A DNA stretch of 64,000 nt from Styela clava (lineage: Eukaryota): positions 25,482,001-25,546,000 of the forward strand of contig NC_135250.1 of the NCBI RefSeq assembly GCF_964204865.1, in the 5' to 3' direction. A model generated the notes under the pieces. It made no database searches and was not told the origin of the DNA. It saw only the letters and a list, made by a program, of their open reading frames with translations. Positions 1 through 13,274 of the stretch are shown in pieces (the stretch's first letter is position 1; each line of letters starts with the position of its first letter). Position numbers and translations under genes: made by a program.

Positions 1-1479
1 CAAATATTATTTATCTGTCATTTTTCCTTTTCCACGTATATTTACAAAGATTTGAAAGATCACATATACAGCACAGGAAAGTTTTACACGACCCTGCTCA
101 TTGTTCAAATTTTGCTATATCACTCAAAATAGTTTTCATTCGGTGTAACTTATAAATAGCGAAATGCTTGTGAACGTCTCATGTTTCCTGTTTGCAGTGG
201 ACAGTAAAAATATTTTCACATTTAAACGCACCAACATTTATCCATTTGAATAGGGGAGACTTTTTATATATCGAGACTTAATTTTTATATAAACTTCTCT
301 GAGTACGTTCGTGAGAAAAGTTTGCAATATCAAAGTTTCTACCCTTATTTAATTACACATGGCCAATTTCCTAAAAATTTGGAATAGGTAACAAACTCAA
401 ATCTGCATTTGCGATCTTTTCAACTGCTTAACGTATATATATGTCTCAGTCACAAGTATTTCCAAGCACATTATTGTTCTTCACTAGAAATTAGAGGTAT
501 CGTTGCTGGATGTTCAAATGATATTAACTTTTGCTCGTCTTAATAAGATTATAATAATAGGTCTGTACAAATAAAGCAGCAACATTTACAAATACCAATA
601 AAGAAAAATTAACAAAGTAAACAAAATGTCGCAGTAATGTGAAACACTCTTTAAAGTCAAAATTTCCTTTTCTGAGAAAATACAATAAAAATTTAGAAAC
701 TTAAGAAGGTCTGATAGATCATCATCGAGTCAGCGATACTCCAATTAATTAAAATGCGAAACAAAAATGTCAAGTGAAAATGCATAAAACAATAGAATTA
801 AACACCACATGGTTTTAGCTTGATGCATTTGCAGGACCTGGTAAATAAAAATCTCTAGACTCAACTGGTGACGATTTGCAAAATTACAGACAGGCGCATC
901 ACGTACCAGGGGTAATCCCATGTCCGATGAAATGACTGCATTTCATACATAACATCCAATTGCTATAAGAACGGACTATTTTTAGTCATAAGAAGCAATC
1001 TTTCATTTTTCTCTTCTATTTTTAGTCAACAAGAAGAATTCTTTCATTCTTTGAAAATGACACTATAAAACTTTCCTATTTTATAGTATATGCGTATTAG
1101 TTGTCGAGCATGGAAATTATAACGAGCAAGACAAAATGAGTGAACTTCTCAAGTGAGGTTTTTGATTTTTATTGCTGTATTATAATACACAGACTTAACC
1201 GGAACTACAAGTCGTTTACAAGAATGCATGCTGGAATATACATGTTTGCGACATGACCTACAGAGCTGATTACACTCTGGGTGAAAAAGTGAATCGATAC
1301 TGAGGATTGCTCTGTCCCGGCTATGAGATAGAGAAGTCGATCGACACCAACTTGACTGACTACTTCAATAATAACGACATTGTATGTAACAAGTATACCT
1401 AGTGTTTTGTCAATAAACAACTATTTTGAATTTTTTACATTTTGTAATTTGCTGATAGTTACTGCTTAGCTGAAATTCA

Positions 1480-4400
1480 TCAGGCGTTGTAAGATTCGTA
1501 AGCTGTTTCCACTTGTGTTTGCTTAGTTGTCGCAGGCAGAGCTTGTTCGTAACCGGCAGTTTCTTGCAGGACATTTGATGATGATGGTTGTTCGTAAGCT
1601 GATTCCACTTGTGTTTGCTTAGTTGTCGCAGGCAGAGCTTGTTCGTAACCGGCAGTTTCTTGCAGGACATTTGATGATGATGGTTGTTCGTAAGCTGATT
1701 CCACTTGTGTTTGCTTAGTTGTCGCAGGCAGAACTTGTTCGTAACCGGCAGTTTCTTGCAAGACATTTGAATATGATGGTTGTGAAGCTGGATTGTTGGG
1801 AGGAGTTGCTAATTAATTTAAAGAATGTAATTAGCAACCACAGAACAAACAAAAATCGATTTAAAATACTTATCTTGTTAGAAATCAGATCTAAGTGAAC
1901 CTGTGGTAGACAGTGTGTTAAAATAATAATTTTTTAAATAAAATATCTCAGTTTTTTTCCATCACTTCATAGAAGGTATGTTCACAGACCTAGCTCTTTC
2001 AAATTTTTAGTAATTTAATGGGCGTGACTCCTAGTAGGGCTTTAATTTTATTCACTTTTTATTTGCGGTGGCATTCCAATTTTGTATAAACTCGAGATAT
2101 TCAAATTGTATTGCCCCACTATTAGAACCTGTATTGATTGATAAACGTTTTCTATCCCATCAACATTGATGGCATGTGTTTATCATTGAAGTGGAGTTAC
2201 AACTTTTATTGTGACCGTATGCTGTTGTGTTTATACACTTTGAATGACACTTCGAATTTGATTTTATGGGAATAATATTTTATACATCAGTTCTGATTAT
2301 TTCTCACTACCTTTTTCTTCTATAGTTTCGTAATTATGTTCTTTTACTTCTGCCTTTTCCTTCAAATTCTTTATTTCTTTCTTCGATTTGTATATGATCC
2401 AGACAGAGACGACCAAGAAGACGAAAGGAATGAGAAAACCAATCACAAAACTGATGATGTTGAACTCGAACGCTTCTTTTTCTAAAACAAATACGTTACT
2501 CTGATTTCCCGTTGATATTTAAAGGTTTTGAGATTATAGTTTTATTAAAATTAGCAACATCATCTCTAGAATTACAAAGATAGTATATAACGTTCACAAT
2601 AAAAGAACACTTTATTCTTCTTTTAATTCTCAAAACTATTTGCTTGTTATCTTGTGTTGTTTGAAATTTGCTAATTTTTTTCATAATCTGGCTTTGAATT
2701 AACCAAATCTGAATATTTGTTATTCTTACCGGTATCGTTCTTAGCAGTAGTTTCTTGTTCACCTTGTTTCAACGTTATAGAGGGGCTTTGACTGAAATTT
2801 ATTTGGTCACCAGAGGGCGTGGAATAAACTATCGAGACACTGAAGTAAAATAAGTTATATTATGCATTGCGAAAATAAATTTCTCAAATGAAATAGGTAT
2901 ATATTATATTTGATTTGATAGCACCATTAAATAAGTAAATCAATCTAATTTGACGTTAACATATATCTTTACTGTCTGTCGGTTTTGAAATAGCATTATA
3001 TTAATACCAAAACTTTCAATTAAAAAATTAAAAGTCTATGATGATCTATATAACTCTAAGATATATATAGAATACCTGAACATCTTTTTATCTAATTTTT
3101 TGTTCCTTCCTGTGAATAAAATTTCTTTTCCAGAACTTTCTTCATTTTGTATCCCTGCTTTTCCGGTATTTATTACGTCACATGTTGTCATTGATTCATC
3201 ACCGAGTGTAATATTCATTCGCTTATCGTTCATGCTAAAATATTTTATTCAATGTAGAATAGAATATGATATGTTATGCAGGAAATATCGCTACTGCTCG
3301 AGACAATAGAAAAACCGCGTTGCAACGACGCATACAGGTATTTACACCTTGAAACTTTTCAAAATACATCTATGGTGGTACGAACATATGCAGTATCAAT
3401 GTATCTTCTTGCATGTGCGTTGTATGCCCATCCAATAGCCCAAAAGTATTGGAGTAAAGTATTCGTAGTACAATGCGTTTCGTTATAGTTTTTAGAAAAA
3501 ATCAACGTCAAAAATCTTATAAATTTATACCGAAATATCGCCGTTGTCCTGATATATTACGTAATACCTACATTGCCCTGGTACCGATTGCGAATAAATC
3601 TTTTATTCGATTAGTTAATCTTAATATCGCCAATAAACTTTCAATCATTTTCTTATGTTTCATATTTCAGGCAAAGTTTACAAATCATGTTTAACTAAAA
3701 CGCTTAATTAAATAATCACGCAATATAATTTTCTATAAATAAAAACTATTTACAACCTTGAAACAGGTATTGCTTTAGCAATATACTTATCACCGCTCTC
3801 TGTGTTGTTAATATTTATCATGTCAGTCAAGGAGAAGGCCACGTCGTGTTCCTTCAAATTTGTGCGTACAAGTACGAATATGCAACTGTAAATTAATAGA
3901 TTATAGATTATACAATAACAGAAATTGTACCGACATCTTGTTTTGTTGAAGAATAAAGTTCATATTGAAAAATGATACTAATCAAAATTAATCAGAACTT
4001 TCGTGTCTTTTAAGCCGAGTGATTATATTGGTACAGGAGAGGAATAATATACCTAATACGATATATGAACAGGCACAATTGATTTTTTTTTCAGGCTAAT
4101 AGGAAGATGAATGTACTACCTTTATCGTCGATATATTATTTTCTACTCTGTTGCATTTAGCTTACCTGACAAGGCCATTAGTCTCATCTGGTGCTTGTAT
4201 TCCGAGTTTTTTGAATCCACATACGCTGCTAACTAGGTTATCTTCAAAACTATCAGGCGGAAAAACCTTTGTGGGAGCTAAAATACAAGACAGTGTTTAG
4301 TCAAAGGCATTACGATATCCTTGATTTTTTCTTCAGGATTCACATTTTTGCTGCAAACAGCGTTCTGCAAACGTGTCTAATTATCGTTTCAATTTGAAAA

Positions 4401-7400
4401 TTGATACATATTTAGAACGCAATGACTTACGCAACTTCGCATATCTTGGGTTAATCAGAGTTGTTGAGTAGATTAGTGATTACAAAATTGAATACACAAA
4501 CATTGAATTCTGAATATACCTCTAGGTTTTCCAAGACAACTGCCAGTAACAGATAAAATTTGACCAAATCCAGCACAACTGAATATTTTGATTGAAGCGG
4601 AATAGTTACGATTTGATTCTGGTTGAAACGAATACACGGATGATGACGTCACGTTTATTAGTTTCATGTCTGTCTTCAAGTTTGAATCTCGTGAGGAAGC
4701 CAGGGTTGAAGTTAGATTCAGTTCCTATTAATCATGAGATAAGTAATTACATCCGAAAGTCACTAAAAATGCTCTGAAAATTGATGTCAAATAAGGATGT
4801 TGAAGATAACGTAAAACCTTCCAGCTGATTGGAATATGAATTGGATATAAATTACTAATAAACAAAAAACAAATGTGCAATTTATATCAGCGGACCAAAA
4901 CAGATCTACGATCGTAAGTATAAACAGTCAAACTTCACGACTTAATGTGGACTTCATGATACACGTTGGGATTCTAAATTCAATTGACATATATTCAACC
5001 AAAGCTGTGTGTTTCGGATAATGTGAGTCAAAATAAAAATATTGCTTACCACAGTATATGGATCACCAGTCTCTGTCTTGTTAGATAAGATCCAAGAGAT
5101 GACGCAAGTTTGTGTATTCTTGTATTGTATAATAGACGACGATTCTGCAGATAACATTGCTCCCCCTGTTGTTGCGTTTCGGAAAGTAGAATATTTGGTT
5201 GGACAGTTATCTTTTGTTGCACATGCAGTAATCTGACAAAAGATATTTATATAGGCATTTTAATAACGAAAGTATAAATGGGGCAGTAAACTAATTTAGC
5301 CTTACAGGTAAAGGCGATCTTAAAAAGAGAGACCTTCTTCCACAGATATTCGCATGAAATTTATGCGGAACAATCGATGTGAACAATATAGTAAATCGTT
5401 ACTGCTTACTTTGATTGTATAGGTTGTGGTAGCCGACAAACTGGTTATTGTGGTTGACTGTTTCTCAGATGTTGGTGAATCCACCCATCTTGTTGATCCG
5501 CCTGAGGTCGAACTTACTTCTATCCTGTAAAACAGATGTGAGTTTATGCTGGCATTAATGCAAGTAACAACGGGTAGCAATATGCGTAATGGTATTGGGT
5601 CGTGACCAGAATGACAGATTTACGTTTTGACTTTTAGTAATACCTTTAATAAATTTAACAATGTAACTCGAGCAGCTCCAGCCGTTTTCTCAAATGACTT
5701 TATAACATTGTTGTCAAAACGAGTATTTACTCGGATTTGTCTAGAGGCCTGTTTCGTGTAAAAGAAGCACATAAACTAAATCTTGTGGATATATCAAATT
5801 ATTCATAAAGATGAACTCACTTGTGTGGGAATCCAACAGCATTTATATGTGGTTGCCATGAGATGATCAAGTTAGGGTTGCAGTTGTTATTTGATATTTG
5901 ATAGATTGTGGGATTTCCAGCCACTGGAAAAGTTAATACCAAAAACATAGCTGACAGAGATTACAAAAAGCAGATATCGGTATTTATATTCACCTTCATA
6001 TGATCCTGTTTTACCATGTTTCCAACTGTTGCCGTTTCGAAAATAACAATCATAAGACCCTTCAACTGCAATATTTGCGTTTTGCAAATCCAATGTTGCT
6101 GATCCAGTTTGTATCGTTTGATAAACTCTATTTGTAGTTGCGGTTGATACTTTGTTAGATGCTTTGTGCCATTCGAATTGTATTGCAGTGCTGCATTCTG
6201 TCGCAGAACATCTTTTCTGATTTCCGTTGATTGTTTGTATTCTAACGAACGGGCCTGGAAACACTGAAGCAGAATTTGTGAAACTTGAAGCCGTAAATAA
6301 CACAAATTGGTTTAGGATATGAAAACTATGTTGATTACTTTGGTTCATGCATGCAAAAACACTAAACTTTGAAAGTACCATAATTATATTTTTAGCAAAT
6401 AAAAGCATTTTTGAGTTGATACTATTAGGGCAACTCTGTTTGTTACAAAATTTCAATTAAGTGATAGAAGCGCAATAATTATATTACAGGCAATCAGTGG
6501 CACCGAAAGACAATACTTGTATCGTATAATTGTATTGATGCGACCTGCGGTTTCAATAGAATATTCCTAATTTGACATGTACTTTAACTCATATTTAATT
6601 GAGTGCTAGCTTATGGGACAGGAAGGTGATATTAATATTGGAGTTTCGTTATCTGATATATATCTGATTTTTGCTTTATTGTTTTCTTAGATAGAACCTA
6701 TGCAACTTGATACGTTTCCTTTACCTTCAGTTGAGCAAGCTTGCATATTCAGAACACTTGTACGATATCAGACAAATTTACGACAAAGCTAGAAAACCCA
6801 TGAGAATGTCATTATGAGGACGAGTTATACAATTCTGTTATCAAAACATAGTCATATAATGAATTCATTGAATAATGAATCATCAATGATACCTTTCTTT
6901 CAAATTGAGTCAAAAATAGAAAACCGAGTATCACCTTTCTGGCAAATGTAGTAGAAGTTTTCATCACAAGATACATCAACCCACTCATACCTTTCTCTTC
7001 CAACTGACAAACAGTCTTCAACAGCAGTATTTTGTGTAGTCTCACCATTTGGTTGATCATATTTCCTGATAAATTGACAAGCCTAATTAATTAAGTCTAA
7101 AAATTATGCAGGCTCTGATGAACTAATCTTAACAAAATTTTTTAACAAGATGGTGGTATTTCTCTTTACTATAATATTGATAATAAAAAAAACTGCATGG
7201 TATACGAGATCAAAAAACTAATTCGCTTAGTAAATAATATTATTTTTTTATTTTATTTTTGCAACTTTTCTAAATAAAATTGAAAAACAAACCAGTTTTG
7301 ATATCCTGTTTCTCCTCTCATTATCACATCAGTACCATCCTGCCATTTCCAATCTCCTTCTCTAGCTATGTCATTTCCTCCGATGTAAAATGTGTTATCA

Positions 7401-8591
7401 CTACCCTGTATGCTAAGAATATAAAAACTTTCTTAGTTTTTTTTTTTTTTAAGAAAATACCGGAGCGATCAATTGAAAATTGAAAAAACGATTGAGAGAA
7501 GAGCTGAAATATACCACGGAGCGCTAAGATAACTAAATAGCCTTTGTGTGATGAAGCAAAGTAGAAAAACGTTGATTATGCCAGGTAGTCCACAGTTAGT
7601 TCTGGTGTTTTGTAAACTTGAATGTATCTGTTTAATTAGTAATTACTGAAAAACTCATTGCGTATAACAGTTTTTGTTCAAGTTTCTTCAAATATACGAA
7701 CTTGTAAGCTATGAAAGTTTCATTGATTCTTGCTTTTAATCTATATACGAATAACTACTGCTTCAATGCAGCATAACTGAGGTAAATAAATCGCTGTGTA
7801 AAAATTAATATAAATACTGAGGCTGATTTTACCATTATAATGTGAAAATAATGAAGTACATATTTGGAACATGCTTCCTGAAAGTAAAATAAATCTTTAG
7901 CTCTCGTACATCACTGTACAAACAATATCCTATTTCAACTCACGTATATAATAAGTGTTTAATTTACATTGAGATGGTACAAACAACAGTGAGATAATCA
8001 ATCCCACCTATTTAGTGCTAAAATTTCATTCAATACATAGAACAATTCACATATTAAATAACACCAAGATATCAAAAATAAGTTACTTTTTAACTCACTG
8101 GAATGCTGAATTAATGACTGTCGTCATTCTCTCATTAACAACTTTAGCCAAGTAACCTCCCAATCCTTCACAGGAAGATTTTGCGCTGTTGTAAGTTTTA
8201 CGTTGTTTGAAGAAAAGCAGCTCGAATCCTTCAACACATTCTTTCTTCCAGGGATCTGAAACACAACAGTATTTGTAATTGTTCCAGTTGGTATATCAGT
8301 TCTAATATTGAACAATGAATATAAAGTTATTGAAGATGCTATTTGTTTTATTCAACAAAGAAGTCATTTTTAAACAAATTGAAATAGAATACTCCAACTG
8401 CTTCTAATGTTGTTGTTTTCTTCGTTTATTATAAAGAAACAGTTGTATTTGTTTGAGTGTAGGAAAATTCTATTCATCAACAAAAGTTTTGATAAGATAT
8501 AAATGGTTTTATACATAAAATTCAACTTACATTGAGCTGAAGCTCTTGTTATGAGGATCGAGACAAACAGCACCAAACTTGTAAGATTCAT
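1480..8591 (-). CDS. Receptor copy A (long form, apparently intact, 15 exons, 773 aa): SP-CTLD-Ig-FN3-FN3-juxtamembrane module-TM-Tyr-repeat tail
   Basis: Manually spliced exons (minus): 8591-8531 (MNLTSLVLFVSILITRASAQ), 8255-8099, 7412-7293, 7065-6935 (CTLD: C..C, YIGGND..EGDWKW.DG, YQNW..QPN, EDC, WVDVSC, YICQ), 6263-5994 (Ig: C..W..L.L.N....EGSYDC), 5923-5821, 5524-5410, 5232-5050, 4724-4520 (FN3-like), 4277-4166, 3885-3757, 3234-3076, 2839-2763 (juxtamembrane), 2481-2311 (TM IISFVIGFLIPFVFLVVSVWIIY), 1808-1480 (tail). All introns are GT-AG and phases are compatible; total 2322 nt with no internal stop. Confidence 0.85.
1490..1775 (-). repeat. Coding minisatellite, 96-bp unit x3 (SNVLQETAGYEQALPATTKQTQVESAYEQPSS)
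   Basis: Near-identical 96-bp units visible directly; matches ORF 1480..1761. Confidence 0.95.
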
Positions 8592-9740
8592 CTTTATTAT
8601 TCAAATGACACAGTTTTTAAAATTAGTGGTTATCTCAGATATTCTACCTTAATTTTAACTCCTTCTGATTAGGTCGTTTTGAAATTTAATTGGAATAACT
8701 GCAATGTGAAATATGTAATTCATTCAATGTCTTTTTAAAAAATAAAACATATAGCTACTGATTTTTTTGTAAATATAAAAAATAAACATATAACTATAAA
8801 AATTGAAAATCTCAATTATTGGCAAAGCAACTCAAGTATATAGACGTGACAAACATCACAGTTGTCATTGTTGAAGCAATATTATGAATAACGGCAAAAG
8901 ACGTCGACGGAATCAATCTTTTATGAAGCAGTAGATAGGTCTTTTCACCAGTATGCTCAACTACATCAATGCGCCCCTTCCTATATTCGGTTCGCATGTT
9001 GATCATAGATAGTTGTTGGCTAAAGACTGCACTGTCCTTAATATACTTCTTCCCCAATATCCATGAGTCTTTCTTATGGTAAATTACCAGCAGTAGGGCA
9101 TGTACATGGTGTGAAGCGAAAGCATTGAAACACCTTTTCACGAGAATACCTTGAAACAGTGATAACTAACTACACAACTTATACGTAAGTTCTTTCATTC
9201 ACATTTCAAAATAATTCCACTACTACAAACTGTTACTATTATTAAATTACCAACATTTCTCGAAACCTGCTCTACATACAATCATAAAAAATACACGTAA
9301 ATTATTACGTCTTTCTTATGAGTGGTTCAACTATACTCTGAGTCAGTCTATCACTTCCGCATATAATTGACTTCTGGAAACCGTTCCTCGGTCATAATGG
9401 ATTGTGTGTGTATTCATTAGTTATAGCTTATGGGATAGCACAATGCCATACGAAAGCATTGCCTCTATATCAAAGCCAATACAGCACTGGGAATGTGCTC
9501 GTCATCGTTATCATACGCGGATGTTATGAAACCAAGTAACATAACCAAGTAGAAACTGTTTTCTTCCGTCTTTCATCAGCTTGCACGCATCCTACATCGC
9601 ATCACACTTATCTTCGACATGTTTAACAATTCATGATAACGTTAATTTCAAAACGTAAATGTCTAATAACTAACTATCCACAATTAAGTTTATCTTAAAT
9701 TTTTTTAAGATAAAAAAGTTTGCAATATTGGCCCCTAAGT

Positions 9741-10220
9741 CAGGGGTGTGCAAACTACGGCCCGCTGGCCAAATGCGGCCCGCAAAAAAAGAATGTGCGG
9801 CCCGCGGAGAAGTGCCAATTTTGAATGGTCTGCCTAAAAAAAAAAGTTTTTGGTTTAGTTAATCTGGAAAGTGCGAGCAATTTCAATCTCATTACGTAGT
9901 AGCCTATAGCAGTCATATTAGCAAAACTAGCGAGCAATATCCTGTTGCATACTACACAATGTTATAAAAACGTATTTCTCACTGAATTCGTTTAAAGTCG
10001 GTTAGATAATAAATTTGAATAGCAGTTTATTCAGCAATTTATGCGTTTTAACTCACCATTCGTGCAAGGTCCCTTACCACTGCCGTACGATCAATAACAA
10101 AAAGAAACAATTTTTGGTGTCTGAAGCTACCAGAAAGACCATGTTCAATAAAGATGCGGCCCGCGGCTTCACCCAGTTACTTTTACCTAGCCCTCCTGTA
10201 ATAAAGGTTGCACACCTCTC
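9741..10220. mobile_element. hAT-like non-autonomous element (MITE)
   Basis: Terminal inverted repeats CAGGGGTGTGCAAAC ... GTTGCACACCTCTC, subterminal GCGGCCCGC motifs, imperfect 8-bp flanks (ccctaagt / atctaagt). Confidence 0.7.
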
Positions 10221-11117
10221 ATCTAAGTAATTCCTTTTATCTAAACCTCTCAGAAGTTTGAATAGAAGAATGTAGAAACAGATCGAACATATCTTCATTA
10301 GGTTATTGTGTTTGAATATTTGATAAAATACAGCATATTGTTCCAAAAAACGATGCCGCATTTAACCAACTGCCAGACGACCTTGCTTTATTGCACGTAA
10401 TTGAACACCTAATTGAACCTTATTGAGGAAACATAAGGTTATCAAGCAAGCTAGTAAAAAATTTGCTTTTGCTTGGTTCGTATTTAAATAATGTATTTTT
10501 TTTTTTGCGCTTTTCCTCTCCAAAAGTCTCTTTACAATCGGTCACTTAGGCTCGGAGGTGTATCGTTCATTCATAAAAAATAACAACGTTGAGACTTCGA
10601 CTGTAGTAACGCTTTCATAATATTTAATATAACAATATAATTCAATTGTAATATTTACACGACACCGCGTATTAGGTTTCAGTCTTTTATCCTAAGCGCA
10701 CGATGCACAAAACGTTTTTTTTATTATTTAGGTATTACGTGGAATTAGGCCACCATTCGCATTCTTCGTGGTTTTGGTGAGCATGCAACTTATTTTCGGA
10801 GTAGTCATCGATCCACGCAACGTTCTAATGAAAGTTTTACAAATATGTGCTCCAATGATTCATAATACGACGATTTTACAACTGAGATTATTTCACCCCA
10901 TGGTACAATTTCCCATTGAAAACGCTAACATTCGACGTCTTAATTAAAACAAAGGGTGAAGGGTTTCTGCTCGCAAACAAAGACGTAAGTTGAATAAAAT
11001 TACAAACTATACACATTTATGACTAATGTTGCCACTATTTCAGTGTGGGATGCGCTTTCGATGAAAAGGTCTAATTTCTGCCAATATTTTTTCCTTTGGA
11101 ACACATCAGAGTGACAT

Positions 11118-11740
11118 CTAGGGCTGGAACCTCGAATACTTAAGAGATGTGTAATTGTATGTGACTATTTTATGAAATGGGTCCTCTTATCACATAAGTT
11201 TCTGAAAACACACAATCCATCACCTATACAGTTCGCTAAGTGCTCACACACGACAAGAAACATTGTCTTAGATTTCCGCTCTAGGAGACCCTCATTAAAG
11301 GGTCGTTCTGTCTGTTTTTCTGTAGCGTCTAAACTATTGGGCCAGACTGGTCAAAATTTCTCACGTGGTTTATACTGTCACCCTAGTATTGTGCGTTTTG
11401 CCAAAAGCCCAGATTGATGTTTCGTTTCCATGACAGCAATAAAAAACGCGCTGATCGTTGAGAAATTTCTAGTTTTTCTACAATTTATCGCAATTATCTC
11501 GTAAACTACATCAAGAATTAAAATTTAGACATTGCTATCGCCACCGGCAGGTTTATCAATAACTCACTGGGACAAAAAGATTCCGATGTCAGGATTAAAT
11601 TTTGCTGTGTTTTCGCCTCAAACTATGGCGAACCGGAACAAAATCAAGATGGCGGCAATGCGAAGTTTTGGTTCGAATCGATTCGAATAATTCACCATTC
11701 GATTCGACTCGAATATTTTATTCGAAGTGCCGACCTCTAT
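11118..11740. mobile_element. Degenerate relative of the TAGGGCTGG hAT-like MITE
   Basis: Starts TAGGGCTGG and ends with TTCGAAT-rich subterminal repeats like the intact element at 61590-62007; a homologous decayed copy lies at about 35940-36480. Confidence 0.45.
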
Positions 11741-12169
11741 TGGTATCTTACAAAATGACTAGGAAATTACACAATAGCACGCAATACCAAACCAACAGTA
11801 TTTTAATTCGTATTAATGTCTATGATATATAATATTAGATAATGAAACATACTATTGAGCAATATACAAAACAAATATCATTCTGACATTTGAATAAAAG
11901 TTTTTTTGGTTGCATAATTGATTATGGGAGTCATCGATCCACAAAACGTTCGAATAAAAAACTTCCAATGTATGCTCCAATTATTCGTAATATATATATA
12001 TTACAATTTCACAACAGGGATGTTTCACCCTATTCCTATTTTACCTATCATTAGTATAAGTATCATTACAGATGATAATTCCCTTTTTGTAGCGTTTACA
12101 TCAAACGCAATAATTAAAACTAGAATGCGATGATCGAATATATGGAAACGAAGACCAAAACGAAGTAGT

Positions 12170-12500
12170 ATGAGTATGCAATCTGTCACATTATACTACC
12201 GGGACCGCCTGACCACCAGATCGCGAAACCACCACAAGGTTGCACGATTGTTTATTTTGACGACGTCATCGCACACAAAAACCAATCCTTCAGAGCCCAC
12301 AGAAATTTTTAAAAGAAATAAAAGTAATAAACTTTTAGCGAACCACTGAAAACCACTCAATATTTAAAAGCAATTGGCCTAGTAGTTTAGAGAAAAAAAA
12401 GATTTTATTCGTAACAACAGTAAAATAAAGTCTAACAACAACAACAACAACAACACAATAACAAACCCATCTGAAGTCTACTTTGTGTCCAGTGCATGAT
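12170..12500 (+). mobile_element. Interspersed repeat with (ACA)n microsatellite, related to the element at 56537-56799
   Basis: Shared blocks ttttga.gacgtcat, accactgaaa, aagcaattgg, an (aca)n tract and terminal gtgtcca. Confidence 0.5.
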
Positions 12501-12953
12501 AAAGTGGGTGCTAATAACGCAAATTTTCTGATCGCAGTTGATAATAAAAATAGTTTTACACACACACATATATATCTTAATAGTGAAGAATTTTTATAAT
12601 TAGCCCAATGGGTTTATTCTTGCGTATATATATAGATTAAAATATATTTGAATAAACTCAGTCTGTATAATATAAGTTTGTGTAACAAGTTGCCTATACT
12701 TGTGTTTCCATAAATTACCTAATATTCACACAAAGGTCCATTTCTTTTCCATACTAGACCAGCATTGTGCAAACCTTGCATTCTTGACTTTTGGTCCAAT
12801 TGGGAGGCTAACGCTATCAAGGTCTCTTGTGGGATAGTACGAGGAAAATCGAAGTGCCAAGGTAAAGTGGGTGCTCTGGCTCCGTTGAAAAGCATCACTT
12901 TTTTAGTCTGAAAAATAAAAATGTTTTACTAAGATATTGGGTTTGTTTTAGAC

Positions 12954-13274
12954 CAGGGCTACTCAACTAGCGGACCGCGGTCCGAATCCGGACCTTTCGA
13001 GTATTTGATTCGGAACGCACTTAATTCTTCCTTTTGAATCATTAGCCCCACATTTAAAGTTTCATTTAACAAAATGACTTTTATTGTTTTATATATATAT
13101 ATATGTGAAAAGAACGATAACACCATAGTAAAAAATCTTGATTATCTGGTATCATTATCCGTTCGAGAAAGTGCGCGTTTACGGATGCCAAAATATAATT
13201 TCTGGAAACACCGGACCCAAATAATTTTGAAGTTTTGTATGTGGATCTTCGGTAAAAATAGTTGAGTAGCCGTG
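12954..13274. mobile_element. hAT-like MITE in the last intron of the collectin-like gene
   Basis: TIRs CAGGGCTACTCAACTA / TAGTTGAGTAGCCGTG; degenerate 8-bp flanks. Confidence 0.65.

Noticed and set aside
1410-1766. Alternative-frame ORF MSCKKLPVTNK... (also 55012-55368, 30029-30247)
   Set aside because: Shadow frame of the repeat. The phase-1 splice from the TM exon selects the YEQ frame, which is conserved in all copies including E.
1490-1775. Regular repeats as a CRISPR array
   Set aside because: Units are contiguous 96-bp tandem copies without unique spacers and lie in a eukaryotic coding exon.
2128-2152. Possible micro-exon encoding ENVYQSIQ in the last intron of long forms
   Set aside because: Weak acceptor and a phase-0 end incompatible with the phase-1 tail exon; upstream frame has stops.
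2380-2460. TM segment FVIGFLIP resembles class A GPCR TM5
   Set aside because: Only one TM segment in the gene model and the Pro-to-Tyr spacing does not match; likely coincidence.
10731-10985. Exon-like plus-strand stretch between an acceptor-like and a donor-like site
   Set aside because: Frame breaks before the donor, the homologous copy near 35540 is disrupted, and no domain is recognisable.
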